A DNA stretch of 64,000 nt from an uncultured delta proteobacterium (GTDB taxonomy: Bacteria > Myxococcota > Myxococcia > Myxococcales > Myxococcaceae). How positions within the stretch are numbered: the stretch's first letter is position 1; each line of letters begins with the position of its first letter. The notes under the pieces were generated by a model, which was not told the origin of the DNA, searched no databases, and saw nothing but the letters and a program-made list of their open reading frames with translations. The DNA lies in assembly GCA_963776345.1 (NCBI GenBank), contig CAVZMH010000016.1:256001-320000 (forward strand), in the 5' to 3' direction. Shown here one piece after another: positions 49,434 to 59,567 of the stretch. A program made the translations under genes and the position numbers.

Positions 49434-49993
49434 CGGAGCGACAGGACCCGGAATGGGTGCCGCCACCGGCGGCCTACGGCCGGCTCCACGGTCGGAGAAC
49501 CACGGTTGCGGTCATCGCGGGGATCTCGGTGACGAGCAGTCCTGCCAACGCCATCCCGGGACGGAGCTATGGCCTCGGGATGCTCGGCACCGAGCTGACC
49601 TGGGACCGCGACCGCTGGGGAGGGCGCCACGCCTTCACGCCGGTCGTCTCGCTCGGGGCTGGTCTCCGGAACACCTCAGGCGAGTCGACGTACCTCACCG
49701 CGACGCTCGGTCTCGGCGTTCGCTGGTACTTCCTCGGACCCCTCGGCCTCTCGGTCACGGCCATGCGCATCGAGTCCGGTCCGAAGGTCCGCGGGACGGA
49801 CGAGACCGACGAATCCACCGGGGTCCACGGTCCTCCGGGGGGCGAGTACTACTTCCTCGCTGGCTCGCGCATCGGCCTCGCGCTCCAGATCGGCGTCCTC
49901 GACCTTCTCGTCGACAGCCCGACCATCGCCTGGACCTCGGACCCGTTCGGGACGCACGAGATTCTCAGCTTCACGATCGGCATCCGCCTCTGA
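49430..49993 (+). CDS. Beta-strand-rich ORF, probably the frameshifted C-terminus of the preceding gene
   Basis: No signal peptide; one extra C in the run at 49421-49424 would fuse the frames ([10 protein letters not shown]); ends FTIGIRL. Confidence 0.55.
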   Translation: MTERQDPEWVPPPAAYGRLHGRRTTVAVIAGISVTSSPANAIPGRSYGLGMLGTELTWDRDRWGGRHAFTPVVSLGAGLRNTSGESTYLTATLGLGVRWYFLGPLGLSVTAMRIESGPKVRGTDETDESTGVHGPPGGEYYFLAGSRIGLALQIGVLDLLVDSPTIAWTSDPFGTHEILSFTIGIRL

Positions 49994-50248
49994 AGGGCGC
50001 TGCTTCGCGGCGGGCATTCGGCAACCTCGTTCTTGCCTGAGCGTGGCGCCGCAGGGAAACTGCTTGCGCGGCCAGCCCTGCTGGGTGTGAGTTGCAGGCA
50101 CGGTGGTGAACGACGCGCCTCAGAGCGGCCCGCTTCCTCGAGTCAGGAGGAGCGCCTCCCACGGGTCCACCGCCCCTCGAGGCCCACCTGGAAGACGAGC
50201 CGCATGACCGCAGGTCGCTCTTTCGCTGGCCGGATTCGAGGTGAGCCC

Positions 50249-51718
50249 ATGGACGCGGACGTCGTTGCGGGGAAGCGAGCCAGGCGTTCCAGGAGGCTTC
50301 GCATGCTGAGCGTGCTGGTCGTCGTCTTCCACGTCCTCGGGCTCATCAGCTCCGCCCACGCGGTCATGACCAACCGCACCGCCCAGGGGGCGATCGCCTG
50401 GGGGGTGAGCCTCAACACCTTCCCTTACCTCGCGGTTCCGCTCTACTGGGTGTTCGGGCGCGGCCAGTTCGAGGGCTATCGGGAGTCCTGGAAGAGTCAC
50501 CAGAAAGAAATCGATGCGCTCACAGCCCAGGTGAGCCAGGCACTCGAGCCCTTCAAGGTCCCGACGGTCGAGCGCTTGCCGCACTACCAGGCCCTGAAGA
50601 AGCTCGCCCACACGTCGCTCCTCCGAGGCAACGACGTCGAGCTCCTGGTGGACGGGAAGGCGACCTTCGACAGCATCCTCCCCGGTCTGGCGCGCGCCAG
50701 GCGATACGCGCTGGTGCAGTTCTACATCGTGCACGACGACGATCTGGGCCGGCGGCTCAAGGCCGCGATGATCGACTGCGTGAAGAGAGGCGTCGACGTC
50801 TTCTTCCTCTACGACGAGATCGGAAGCGCCAGCCTTCCGCGTGCCTACCTCGACGAGCTCGGGGCGGCAGGGGTGAAGCACTCGAAGTTCAACTCCACCC
50901 AGGGACAGCGCAACCGGTTCCAGCTCAACTTCAGGAACCACAGGAAGAGCGTGGTCATCGACGGCCTGGAGACCTGGCTCGGCGGCCACAACGTGGGTGA
51001 CGAGTACCTGGGCCTCGACCCCAAGATCGGGCCCTGGCGCGACACCCATGTGCACATCACCGGGCCGGCGGCGCAGCTCGCTCAGCTCGTGTTCCTGGCC
51101 GACTGGTACTGGGCGACCCGCACCCTTCCCGATTGGAGCTGGGAGCCGCGGGCGGCGCCGAGCGGAGGCGACGTCCAGGCCATGGTGGTTCCGTTCTCGC
51201 CGGTGGACGATCTCGAGGCCGCCCAGCTCTTCTTCGTCCAGGCCCTGAACGCGGCCAAGAAGCGCATCTGGATCGCCAACCCGTACTTCATCCCGGATGC
51301 GGCCGTCATGGCGGCGCTTCGTCTAGCGGCGCTGCGGGGGGTCGACGTCCGGGTGATCACCCCGGCCAAGTCCGACGATCGGGTGCTGGAGCTGGCGACG
51401 CTCTGGTTCATGGAGCAACTCGACGGCGTCGGGATCAAGTTCTACCACCACGTGCCCGGGTTCATGCACCAGAAGGTCTTCCTGGTGGACGATGACCTCT
51501 CTACCGTCGGCAGCACCAACTTCGACAACCGGTCGTTCCGCCTGCAGTTCGAGGTGAACGCGCTCCTCCTGGACAAGCCTTTCGCGGCCCAGATGGAGAC
51601 CATGCTCCTCCACGACCTGGAGAAGTCCGAGCCCTACGACCCGGCCTCGCTCCGCAAGGCGTCGTTCCCGAAGCGCCTTGCGGTCTCGGTGGCCCGGCTC
51701 ACCGCGCCTCTTCTCTGA
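50249..51718 (+). CDS. cls: Cardiolipin synthase
   Basis: Two N-terminal TM helices; HKD motifs RNHRKSVVIDG and MHQKVFLVDD; GSTNFDNRSF. Confidence 0.92.
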   Translation: MDADVVAGKRARRSRRLRMLSVLVVVFHVLGLISSAHAVMTNRTAQGAIAWGVSLNTFPYLAVPLYWVFGRGQFEGYRESWKSHQKEIDALTAQVSQALEPFKVPTVERLPHYQALKKLAHTSLLRGNDVELLVDGKATFDSILPGLARARRYALVQFYIVHDDDLGRRLKAAMIDCVKRGVDVFFLYDEIGSASLPRAYLDELGAAGVKHSKFNSTQGQRNRFQLNFRNHRKSVVIDGLETWLGGHNVGDEYLGLDPKIGPWRDTHVHITGPAAQLAQLVFLADWYWATRTLPDWSWEPRAAPSGGDVQAMVVPFSPVDDLEAAQLFFVQALNAAKKRIWIANPYFIPDAAVMAALRLAALRGVDVRVITPAKSDDRVLELATLWFMEQLDGVGIKFYHHVPGFMHQKVFLVDDDLSTVGSTNFDNRSFRLQFEVNALLLDKPFAAQMETMLLHDLEKSEPYDPASLRKASFPKRLAVSVARLTAPLL

Positions 51719-51911
51719 GCGCGCCTAAGCGCCAGGGAGCGAGGAAGGCTTCGCGTGGATACGCGAAGCTGCGCGTCGCCGGGTTTCGCTGCCGGCTAGG
51801 CCCAACGTCCAATGGCTCTTCCCGTCGCGCGGTGATTTCTACCACCTCAACGCAAGCCCCGAGACGAAGGGGCCCGATTCCGCTGTGGGCGTCCAACGAA
51901 AGGAAGAAACC

Positions 51912-52331
51912 ATGCGCAGGACGTTGATGGGTTCACTGGTAGTGGGGGCGTTGCTGCTCGTTGGGGGACGGGCCCAGGCCCAGACCACCGATACGCTCGC
52001 CGATGACTTGAAGAAGGCCTGCAACAAAGAGCTCACCACGTTCTGCAAGGGCGTCCCGCCGGGACAGGGTCGCATCCTCGCCTGTCTCTACGCCTTCGAG
52101 GACAAGGTCTCGGACAAGTGCATGTACGGCCTCTACGACGCCTCGCTCCAGCTCGAGCAAGCGGTCGCAGCCATCAAGTTCGCGGCCTCCCAGTGCAAGA
52201 GCGATCTGGACAAGTACTGCGCCAACGTCCAGGTCGGTCAGGGGCGGGGACTGGCCTGCCTCAAGAAGAACGACAAGAACGTGAGCCAGCCCTGCAAGGA
52301 CGCGCTGAAGCAGACCGGCCTGACGAAGTAG
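51912..52331 (+). CDS. Cysteine-rich repeat (Cys_rich_FGFR-like) exported protein
   Basis: Signal peptide; two repeats of C..(E/D)L..(F/Y)C..V..GQGR.LACL. Confidence 0.8.
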   Translation: MRRTLMGSLVVGALLLVGGRAQAQTTDTLADDLKKACNKELTTFCKGVPPGQGRILACLYAFEDKVSDKCMYGLYDASLQLEQAVAAIKFAASQCKSDLDKYCANVQVGQGRGLACLKKNDKNVSQPCKDALKQTGLTK

Positions 52332-52392
52332 GAGAACGCGCTTCACCGGACGGCGAAGACAGGTGTAGGCCTCTCCCCACAAGGAGGAGAAC

Positions 52393-52959
52393 GTGCAAGC
52401 GACGATTGGAAATCTCTTTTCTCGCTACTGGTGGATGGTCCTTCTACGCGGGGTGATTGCGGTGCTCTTCGGCATCATGCTGCTCGTGTCGCCGGGCATC
52501 TCGCTGGCCTCGCTCGTCTTCTTTTTCGGCGTCTTCGTGCTCGCCGACGGAATCGGAAACGTGGTGACGGCATTGGGGGGACGCAAGGAGGAGGACCACT
52601 GGTGGGTCCTGCTTCTCGCCGGGCTCACGGGAATCGGCGTGGGCATTCTGACCTTCATGAATCCTGGAATCACGGCCTTGGCGCTTCTCTTCTACATCGC
52701 CGTCTGGGCCATCGTGACCGGCGTTCTCCAGATCGTGACCGCCATCCGGCTCCGCAAGGAGCTCCACGGTGAGTTCTGGATGGTTCTGGGTGGCGTCGCC
52801 TCCGTGGCCTTCGGGATGGTGATCATGGCGCGACCGGCGGCGGGAGCCCTGGCGATCGTCACTTTGATCGGTGTCTATGCGATCGTAATTGGCGTCGCTC
52901 TGATCTTCCTCTCCTTCAGGGTGCATCGCTTCGTGAAGCACATCGAGAAGCCAGCGTGA
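52393..52959 (+). CDS. HdeD/DUF308 family membrane protein
   Basis: WWMVLLRGVIAVLFG, WAIVTG..QIV.AIRLRKE; AGGAGG RBS with GTG start. Confidence 0.9.
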   Translation: MQATIGNLFSRYWWMVLLRGVIAVLFGIMLLVSPGISLASLVFFFGVFVLADGIGNVVTALGGRKEEDHWWVLLLAGLTGIGVGILTFMNPGITALALLFYIAVWAIVTGVLQIVTAIRLRKELHGEFWMVLGGVASVAFGMVIMARPAAGALAIVTLIGVYAIVIGVALIFLSFRVHRFVKHIEKPA

Positions 52960-53121
52960 GTCGAGGGGGCGCCTGAAGCTTCGTTGAGGCAGTGCCCCGG
53001 ATGGCCCCGGACAACGGGGCCATCCACGAGTACCGCGGACCGCCCCTTCCCGGTGGGGCCGACTCCGGACGCGCGCGCAGTCCGCGGGTCGAGCGAATGA
53101 CGCAGAACAGAGCAGTGAGGC

Positions 53122-53634
53122 ATGAAGACCCAAGGTGAAATCAGGCAGAAAGTCCGTCACGGGCTCACCGAGTACGGATTGAACGTCATTTACCTGACCT
53201 TCGTCTTTGCGGCCTTCACTGTCCACCGGAGGCTCGTCCTCGCTGCGCACGACATCACCTACACCAACTACTGGGTGGCGCTGATCGAAGCGCTCATCCT
53301 CGGCAAGGTGATCATGATCGGCAGCGTGTTCCGTCTCGGCCGCGGGCTCGAGTCGAAACCGCTCATCTACCCGACTCTCTACAAGACCTTCGTCTTCACC
53401 CTCTTGTGTGCGGTCTTCACTGTCGTGCAGTACGAGCTGAAGGGCCTCTTGAACGGCGAGGGGCTCACCGGAGGGCTCGGCGAGCTCGCCGCGAAGGGGT
53501 CGTACGAGTTGCTCTCCAACAGTCTGGTGGTCTTCGCCGCGTTGACTCCATTCTTCGCGGTCAAGGAACTGGGAAGGATCCTGGGAGAGGCAAGAGTCCG
53601 CTCGCTCTTCTTCCGGAGTAGCACCGAGCCGTGA
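53122..53634 (+). CDS. Hypothetical 4-TM membrane protein (paralog of 30167-30682)
   Basis: AFTVHRRLVLA, ALIEALILGKVIMIG, ALTPFFAVKEL, LFFR. Confidence 0.75.
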   Translation: MKTQGEIRQKVRHGLTEYGLNVIYLTFVFAAFTVHRRLVLAAHDITYTNYWVALIEALILGKVIMIGSVFRLGRGLESKPLIYPTLYKTFVFTLLCAVFTVVQYELKGLLNGEGLTGGLGELAAKGSYELLSNSLVVFAALTPFFAVKELGRILGEARVRSLFFRSSTEP

Positions 53635-53724
53635 GCACACGAGCGTCGCCCATTCCTGCGCGGATCGGGCCGCGGCCACGAAAGGATGTCTCGACGGGCT
53701 TCGTTCCCGTTCGAGAAACGCTGC

Positions 53725-53814
53725 TCACTGCATGAACCATCCGTGGCTGACGATGAAGGATTGGCCAGTCATCGCGTTCGACGGGAACGCGGTGCAGAAC
53801 AGCGTCGCCTCGGC
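53725..53814 (-). pseudogene. 3' remnant of an SDR, probably 3-hydroxybutyrate dehydrogenase
   Basis: AEATLFCTAFPSNAMTGQSFIVSHGWFMQ* resembles the C-terminus of proteobacterial 3-hydroxybutyrate dehydrogenases; upstream part absent. Confidence 0.65.
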
Positions 53815-53978
53815 TGGAGGTCGAAGCACGGCGGGATGGACGTGAGCGAGGCCAAGCGGCTGAAACCTCCGGGCACCGTCGCTCCGCTCCGCGCGGGCCG
53901 AAGCCACACGCCCCCGACCCAGGCCCGGGTTCGAAAACCCGGGTTGTTCTTCCTTGGATCTCGCCAGGAGTGGAGGTG

Positions 53979-54635
53979 ATGGACGGACTGGAGCCAGATC
54001 GGTACGAGATCGGAACCGGGCGCATCGAGGCGTTTAGCGACGGTGTATACGCCATCGCCATCACGCTGCTGGTGCTGGAGCTCAAGGTGCGCCCGGGGCT
54101 CTCTGCCGCGGACCTACGCGCCGCGCTCCTCGACCAATGGGCCTCATACCACGCCTTCCTGGTGGGCTTCCTCACCATCGGGCTCATGTGGGTCCACCAC
54201 CACCGCCTGTTTTCCCTCCTCCGGCGATCGAGCGACGGGCTATTGGTGCTGAATGGGTTGCATCTGCTCACGGTGACGGTCGTGCCGTTCCCGACTGCGC
54301 TCGTCGCCGACTACCTCGGGCGCGATGGCGGGACGCTGGCGGTGGCCGTGTTCACCGGCTGGGCCGTCGTGATGGCGGCCGTTTCCCGGCTCCTGTGGCG
54401 CTACGCGATCTCAGCAAGACGGCGGCCGTCACTCCTGCGGGTAGCGCACGACGGCCCCGAGGTGAGAGCCGTAGAGGCCAAGTACCGCCTGGGACCGCTA
54501 TGGTACGTTTTCGCCTTCGCGCTCTCCTTCGTGATGCCGGCGCTTGCGATGGCGATCTGCGGCGCGGCGGCCCTCTGGCACCTCTCCCCACCACGCCCCC
54601 CTCGGCGACTGGCTGAACCCCCCAGGGAGGGTTGA
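53979..54635 (+). CDS. TMEM175/DUF1211 family K+ channel
   Basis: GRIEAFSDGVYAIAITLLVLEL; W..HH; PFPT. Confidence 0.9.
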   Translation: MDGLEPDRYEIGTGRIEAFSDGVYAIAITLLVLELKVRPGLSAADLRAALLDQWASYHAFLVGFLTIGLMWVHHHRLFSLLRRSSDGLLVLNGLHLLTVTVVPFPTALVADYLGRDGGTLAVAVFTGWAVVMAAVSRLLWRYAISARRRPSLLRVAHDGPEVRAVEAKYRLGPLWYVFAFALSFVMPALAMAICGAAALWHLSPPRPPRRLAEPPREG

Positions 54636-54689
54636 CCTGCCATCCGAGTTCTCGCCGAGGAGGCTCCCTTGCGCTGGCCCTGCTCACTC

Positions 54690-55649
54690 TCACCTCGGCC
54701 ACCATCGCGACCGGACGATCCAGAACAAGCCGCCGGCGATGAGCGCCATGGCTGCGAGGGTCAGGGGATAGCCGTAGCGGTAATGAAGCTCCGGCATCAC
54801 TTCGAAGTTCATGCCGTAGATCCCGGCCAACAAGGTCAGGGGCAAGAAGATGGTCGAGAGAGCGGTGAGGAGGCCGAGTCGGCGGTTCACCAGGTCCTGC
54901 TGCGCCGATTCGTACCGCCCCTGGAGATCGCTCGCGCGCCGATCCAGACGGTCGATGTCACGGTCGGTCGCTCGCGTGATCTCGATGGCGACCTGGAAGG
55001 CGTCCACCAGGTGGTGCAGGGGCAGGACAGGCCGGTTGCTGACCCTGAGGATCTCCAGGACCGCGAGATACTCGTCCACCGCCGCACCGAGCGCCAGCAC
55101 GCAGTGCTTCACCGCCAGGATCTCCACAAGGGAAACCGACCGCGGGTCCGAATCCATCCGGTCGGCGAGCACATCCGCCTCCCGACGCAGCTTCACGAGA
55201 TGGTGTCGCAGACGGGAGGACTGGACGACTGAGAGCGCACAGACCACACCGGCGGTCGTCCCTTCCGGGAGCTTGATCCTTTCATGGATGGCGTCGTCGA
55301 GAGAGGAGCCGTCGGGCGCCTCGTGCATGGTGACCACGAGTCGTTCGAGGCACAGGATGCCGAACCGGGCCGGCTTCGTGGGCCCCTCGCTTCCAGGGAT
55401 CGCGTAGGCGATGAAGAGGGCCCCCTCCAGAGGGAGGATCCGCGTCTCGCCCTCGTCGGCTTCGAGGACCTCCAGCACGACCGCATCCAGGCCCAGGCCC
55501 GTCAGCCAGGCGGCCACGGCCTCGGGCTGGCAGTCGCCGAGGTGGACCCAGTACGGACCCTCGCCGGCGTGCCATCCCTCGATCGCCGAGGTCTCGGCCT
55601 CCGGCCTCATGGCGCCACCGGGCTCGAGGGCGAGGCAGGTGACCTTCAT
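54690..55649 (-). CDS. CorA-family Mg2+ transporter
   Basis: TIFLPLTLLAGIYGMNF..MPEL...YGY signature. Confidence 0.9.
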   Translation of the reverse strand: MKVTCLALEPGGAMRPEAETSAIEGWHAGEGPYWVHLGDCQPEAVAAWLTGLGLDAVVLEVLEADEGETRILPLEGALFIAYAIPGSEGPTKPARFGILCLERLVVTMHEAPDGSSLDDAIHERIKLPEGTTAGVVCALSVVQSSRLRHHLVKLRREADVLADRMDSDPRSVSLVEILAVKHCVLALGAAVDEYLAVLEILRVSNRPVLPLHHLVDAFQVAIEITRATDRDIDRLDRRASDLQGRYESAQQDLVNRRLGLLTALSTIFLPLTLLAGIYGMNFEVMPELHYRYGYPLTLAAMALIAGGLFWIVRSRWWPR

Positions 55650-55745
55650 CGCTCTTTCCTATCGCGGCTCGGCCGCCGAACGCGAGCGTGGGCGACCGTT
55701 CCGAGGCCGCGTTGGATCAGTCTGAGGGCTGGCGTTCGCGGGGGC

Positions 55746-56459
55746 TCAACCGCCGATCTTCTTGTAGCTGGAGTTCTCCACTGCGATGCCCAGCTTCTGC
55801 GAGGGCACGTCCAGCTGGATCTTCGCCGGATAGACCCAGCCTTCCGGGAGCGCTCCCCAGCTCACTTTGAGCCCGACCGGATCCTTCTTGTCGGTGAAGG
55901 TGGCGACCGTCATGCCCGCCATGCGGTCGGTGGCGGCGTTCAGATTGATGGTGAGGGAGTCACCGGGCTTCAGGTAGTCCTTGATCACCATCTGGACCTG
56001 TCCCCCCGGGTCAGGCGGGCTGACCGCCACTTTGCCCGCGGCCTTGGCGGCCTGGATGCGGGCGGGATCCGGCGGGACGTACTGCTTGACGAGGGCGATT
56101 GCCTCCTTGGTCGCGTCGGAGATCTCCTCCTTCTTGTTCTCGACGATCTTGCCCTTCGCACCCTTCGGCTGCTTTCCCGCGTCCTGCGGCGGGGCCGAGA
56201 GAGGAGTCTTCGCCACCTTCCCGTCGGGGAGGTAGGCGCAGCTGACCTGGGTCCGTGACTTCTCCTCGCCCTTTAGGGAGACGGCCGTGGTCTCGATCCA
56301 CTGGTATTGCCGCAGCGCCGCCCCGCTCTTCTGGAGCGAGTCCTTGATCGCGGCGACGTGGTCTTTTCCGGCGGCTGCGGCCGGGGGCTGCTGGGCTGCA
56401 GCAGGCTGGATGAGACAGAGCGACAATGTTCCGATGACACCGACCATACGGATGAACAT
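55746..56459 (-). CDS. Hypothetical exported protein
   Basis: AGGAGG RBS; signal peptide MFIRMVGVIGTLSLCLIQPAAA; LRQYQWIETT, YVPPDP. Confidence 0.75.
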   Translation of the reverse strand: MFIRMVGVIGTLSLCLIQPAAAQQPPAAAAGKDHVAAIKDSLQKSGAALRQYQWIETTAVSLKGEEKSRTQVSCAYLPDGKVAKTPLSAPPQDAGKQPKGAKGKIVENKKEEISDATKEAIALVKQYVPPDPARIQAAKAAGKVAVSPPDPGGQVQMVIKDYLKPGDSLTINLNAATDRMAGMTVATFTDKKDPVGLKVSWGALPEGWVYPAKIQLDVPSQKLGIAVENSSYKKIGG

Positions 56460-56789
56460 GAAACCTCCTGAGGTAAAGGTGCTGCCCGCGTCACGGGCCG
56501 TGCCGATTTCGATCTCCACCAGGACTGCCGGCTCACGAATCGGCGGTCCCTCGGACGAGGAAGCTCGTCTTGTGCTGCGCCGTCTGCGTTCCGTCTTGCC
56601 CACGTCACCGAGGATGCCCCTCCCGTCGGGCACTCCTTGGAGCAACTCCTGGAATTTCCAGGTCAGGATCTGCGCAGGGCAGTGGATGGGCAATGAGACG
56701 AAGGGCTTACGAACCGCGGGTGACGCATGCTTGCGGCTGTCTCAACAAGTCCCCGGGCCCCGCTGCCTTGGGCGACCGATCCTGCGAAG

Positions 56790-57406
56790 CTCAGCTGGCC
56801 TACGCGGTCCGGGCGCGGCTCCTTCCGGAGCATCCGCTCCGGGACGTGCCGCTCCTGCGCAGGCCGAACGTCCGCCAGATGGTGCTGGACGAGGAAGGGT
56901 TTCAGCGGCTCTTCGCAGCGGCGGAAGAGGCGCTCCAGCCCATCCTCCTGGTGGCCTTCGACACCGGGATGCGGAAGGCGGAGATTCTCGACCTCCGGTG
57001 GCATCAGGTGGACCTCGGGGCCGGGCACATCCGGCTCGAGGCCGAGGACACGAAGACGAACCAGGCCCGGCTGATTGTCCTCACCGAGCGGTGAGCACGC
57101 GCTCCGTGCCCTCCCCCGCGGACTGGGACGAGCCTCAATGTTCGTGAATCCAGCCACTGGCGCAGCATGGGTCGACATCCGCAGCCGTTCCGGCGGGCGC
57201 TCGAGGAAGCGAGGCTCGAGGGTCTGCGGTTTCACGACCTCCGGCGGACCTTCGTCACCCGGGCACGCAAGCACTGAATCCCCGAGTCGGTGGTGATGTG
57301 GATGAGTGGCCACCGCACCCGCGCGGTGTTCGACCGCTACAACGTCGTCGACGACGAGGATCTGCGAGCGGCAGTGCGCGCGCTCGAAAATCCAGGACAC
57401 TTTTAG
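56790..57406 (+). pseudogene. Tyrosine integrase pseudogene (5'-truncated, internal stops and frameshifts)
   Basis: DTGMRKAEIL.LRW, TKT, FHDLRRTF, MSGHRT..VFDRY; stops at about 57092 and 57275. Confidence 0.9.
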
Positions 57407-57482
57407 GACACAGTCACCGAAATGCGCCCCCAGAAACACCAAAGCCCCACCGTCTCAGGGACGGTAGGGCCTCGGCTTTCGT

Positions 57483-57495
57483 GAGTTGCGGGGGC
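57483..57495 (-). repeat. Internal att remnant (tRNA-fMet 3' end)
   Basis: GAGTTGCGGGGGC equals 24845-24857; the last 10 bp equal 63086-63095; same position relative to the integrase as the intact tRNA. Confidence 0.75.
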
Positions 57496-58043
57496 CCGAT
57501 CAGAACGGTACAGCATACCGGCCCCTTGTTCGTGGCGGACATCGGCCGGACTCGCGGGGCCTCCGATCCGAAAGGTTTTGTTCGGGTCCTGCCGCCGCGG
57601 CTCGCCGGGTAGTCACGGTTCGGACTCGACAGGATCTGGACTCCGACAGAGTCCGCGCGGGCGAGCGGCCGTTGTTTGCGTGTGCGCCTCCGGAGTCTCG
57701 CCCGTTCTGGAAGATCTTCACTCGATAGGAGCGCGCGTTCCTCGGACGCCAGATCGCGCGACAGGACCATCGCCAAGGGCTAGCGGTCCGGGTATCCGAA
57801 GTCTCGGGACCCGTCGCCCAGATCGATTCCAACCGATATGACGCAGGACGGTGAGCCCGCCCCTCTCGCCCAGCGCCGTCCGTCTCCAGCTCGTCTCCCC
57901 GAGGAGGCGCTCCCGGTGCGTCCTGCTCTACGAGCCTGACCTCGACGGGTGCCGCGTGCTTCTCTGGACGGTGCCGACCTTCGCGACCGGCCTCTCGTCG
58001 AACGGTGGGCGGTGCTGGAGCGCATCGATAAGGAGACTCTCCA

Positions 58044-58424
58044 ATGAAACACAGCACCATGTTGACCGTCGCATCTCTGCTCACGCTCCTCTTCCTCACG
58101 CTTCACATCACGGACGACATCGTTCGTGGAATATCGAAGGCAGAGAGCTCAAACACTGCGTTGCTCGTCCTCGCGGTGTTCCTGTATGGGACACTCGTGC
58201 TCCCCGAACGGCGATCGGGGCACGTCATCACCCTGATCATCGGATTGATCGCAGCAGCCATGCCCGTCATGCACATGAGGGGGGCACATTACGGCGAGAC
58301 CGCCACATCCCCCGGGGGCTTTTTCTTCGTCTGGGTACTCTGGGTGCTCGGCGGGCTAGGGGGCTTCACCGTGATCCTCTCGGCGCGCGGGCTGTGGGAT
58401 CTGCGACGGAAGCGGCCGCAGTAG
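58044..58424 (+). CDS. Hypothetical 4-TM membrane protein
   Basis: TAAGGAG RBS; LHITDDI motif; hydrophobic segments. Confidence 0.7.
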   Translation: MKHSTMLTVASLLTLLFLTLHITDDIVRGISKAESSNTALLVLAVFLYGTLVLPERRSGHVITLIIGLIAAAMPVMHMRGAHYGETATSPGGFFFVWVLWVLGGLGGFTVILSARGLWDLRRKRPQ

Positions 58425-58451
58425 TCCAGTGCAACGGGCGACGCTCGGTGA

Positions 58452-59408
58452 CTACTTGCGCGGTCGCGCTTTCCGCCGATTCGAGCGTTCACGCCTTCGG
58501 CTCGTCGTTACGGCCTTCGTGGTGCCGGCTCTCTCGAACAACTGCCGAATACCGTGTTCCAACAGCTCGACAGCCCTCTCCAGGGCACCGAGCTGTCCGA
58601 CCCGCACCATCGCGACGGACATGTGCAAGTCGAATGAGGGCGGACGCAGGACTTCGACCATGTCGAGAGCGTCGTTCCCGGCAATGAAGCGCGAAGGGAG
58701 CAGTCCGACTCCATAGCCTGACTGAACGAACGCCAGCTGCAGATGCATGTTGTGAATTTCAGCCGCAATCATGGGCGTTTGGCCGGCAAGACCCATCCGG
58801 TCGATGAGGCCTGCCCGAAGGAAGCAGCCTGGCGGATTGAGCACCCAGGGTGCTCTTCCCAAGCTCTTCCAATCGCCGTCGACGTTGCCTCTGGCGCTTT
58901 GGACGATCTCCACGCGGTCTGTCGCGATGACATTCGTCAGTAGCGGCGGAGGCGCGGCTTTGCCTTCAGGCAAAGGCACGACGGCGACATCGAGCTCGCC
59001 TGCGATCAGCCGGTTGAATAGTTCCGGCGTGCGCTCGCTCAACAGCAGCAGTCTGAGCTTGGCGAATGTCTCGGTCAGTACCCGAATGGGTTCGACTAGC
59101 GTCCCTTCGGCCAGGGGATGCGCGAGCCCGATGCGCATGAGGCCGTGAGGTTCGGTGTCGCGAGACGCAAGAGATTTCACCGCCTCCGCCCGCTGCAACA
59201 GATCGCGCGCCTGTTCAAGGACCTTGGAGCCCAGCGAGTTCAGGCGCGGCGGCTTCACCGAGCGGTCGAGAAGCTCGGCACCCAGTGCAGCCTCCAGCCT
59301 TTGTAGCTGCCGGGTTACGGCGGACGGTGTCCGGAATAGACGACCAGCTGCACCGGCCATGGACCCGGCCTGGGCAAACTCCACCAGCGCGTGCAGATCG
59401 TCGAGCAT
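58452..59408 (-). CDS. LysR family transcriptional regulator
   Basis: GSMAGAAGRLFRTPSAVTRQLQRLEAALGAELLDRS HTH; GELDVAV; AGGAGG RBS. Confidence 0.92.
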   Translation of the reverse strand: MLDDLHALVEFAQAGSMAGAAGRLFRTPSAVTRQLQRLEAALGAELLDRSVKPPRLNSLGSKVLEQARDLLQRAEAVKSLASRDTEPHGLMRIGLAHPLAEGTLVEPIRVLTETFAKLRLLLLSERTPELFNRLIAGELDVAVVPLPEGKAAPPPLLTNVIATDRVEIVQSARGNVDGDWKSLGRAPWVLNPPGCFLRAGLIDRMGLAGQTPMIAAEIHNMHLQLAFVQSGYGVGLLPSRFIAGNDALDMVEVLRPPSFDLHMSVAMVRVGQLGALERAVELLEHGIRQLFERAGTTKAVTTSRRRERSNRRKARPRK

Positions 59409-59567
59409 GGGAGCCTCCTGAAGGACTCCACGCGATAGCATCCTCGTGCGGCCGCAGCAAGATCATCGTGACCATAATGAACTTGGCGCACTGTCGATCT
59501 TCCGTTACGACGGCCGCGTAGAGCCGGGGGCCCGACGCTCCCGACGATGGCCATGAGGCACTTCACG

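Noticed and set aside
57496..58030. Possible ncRNA or phage-gene remnant after the internal att
   Set aside because: No convincing ORF, repeat or structure by eye
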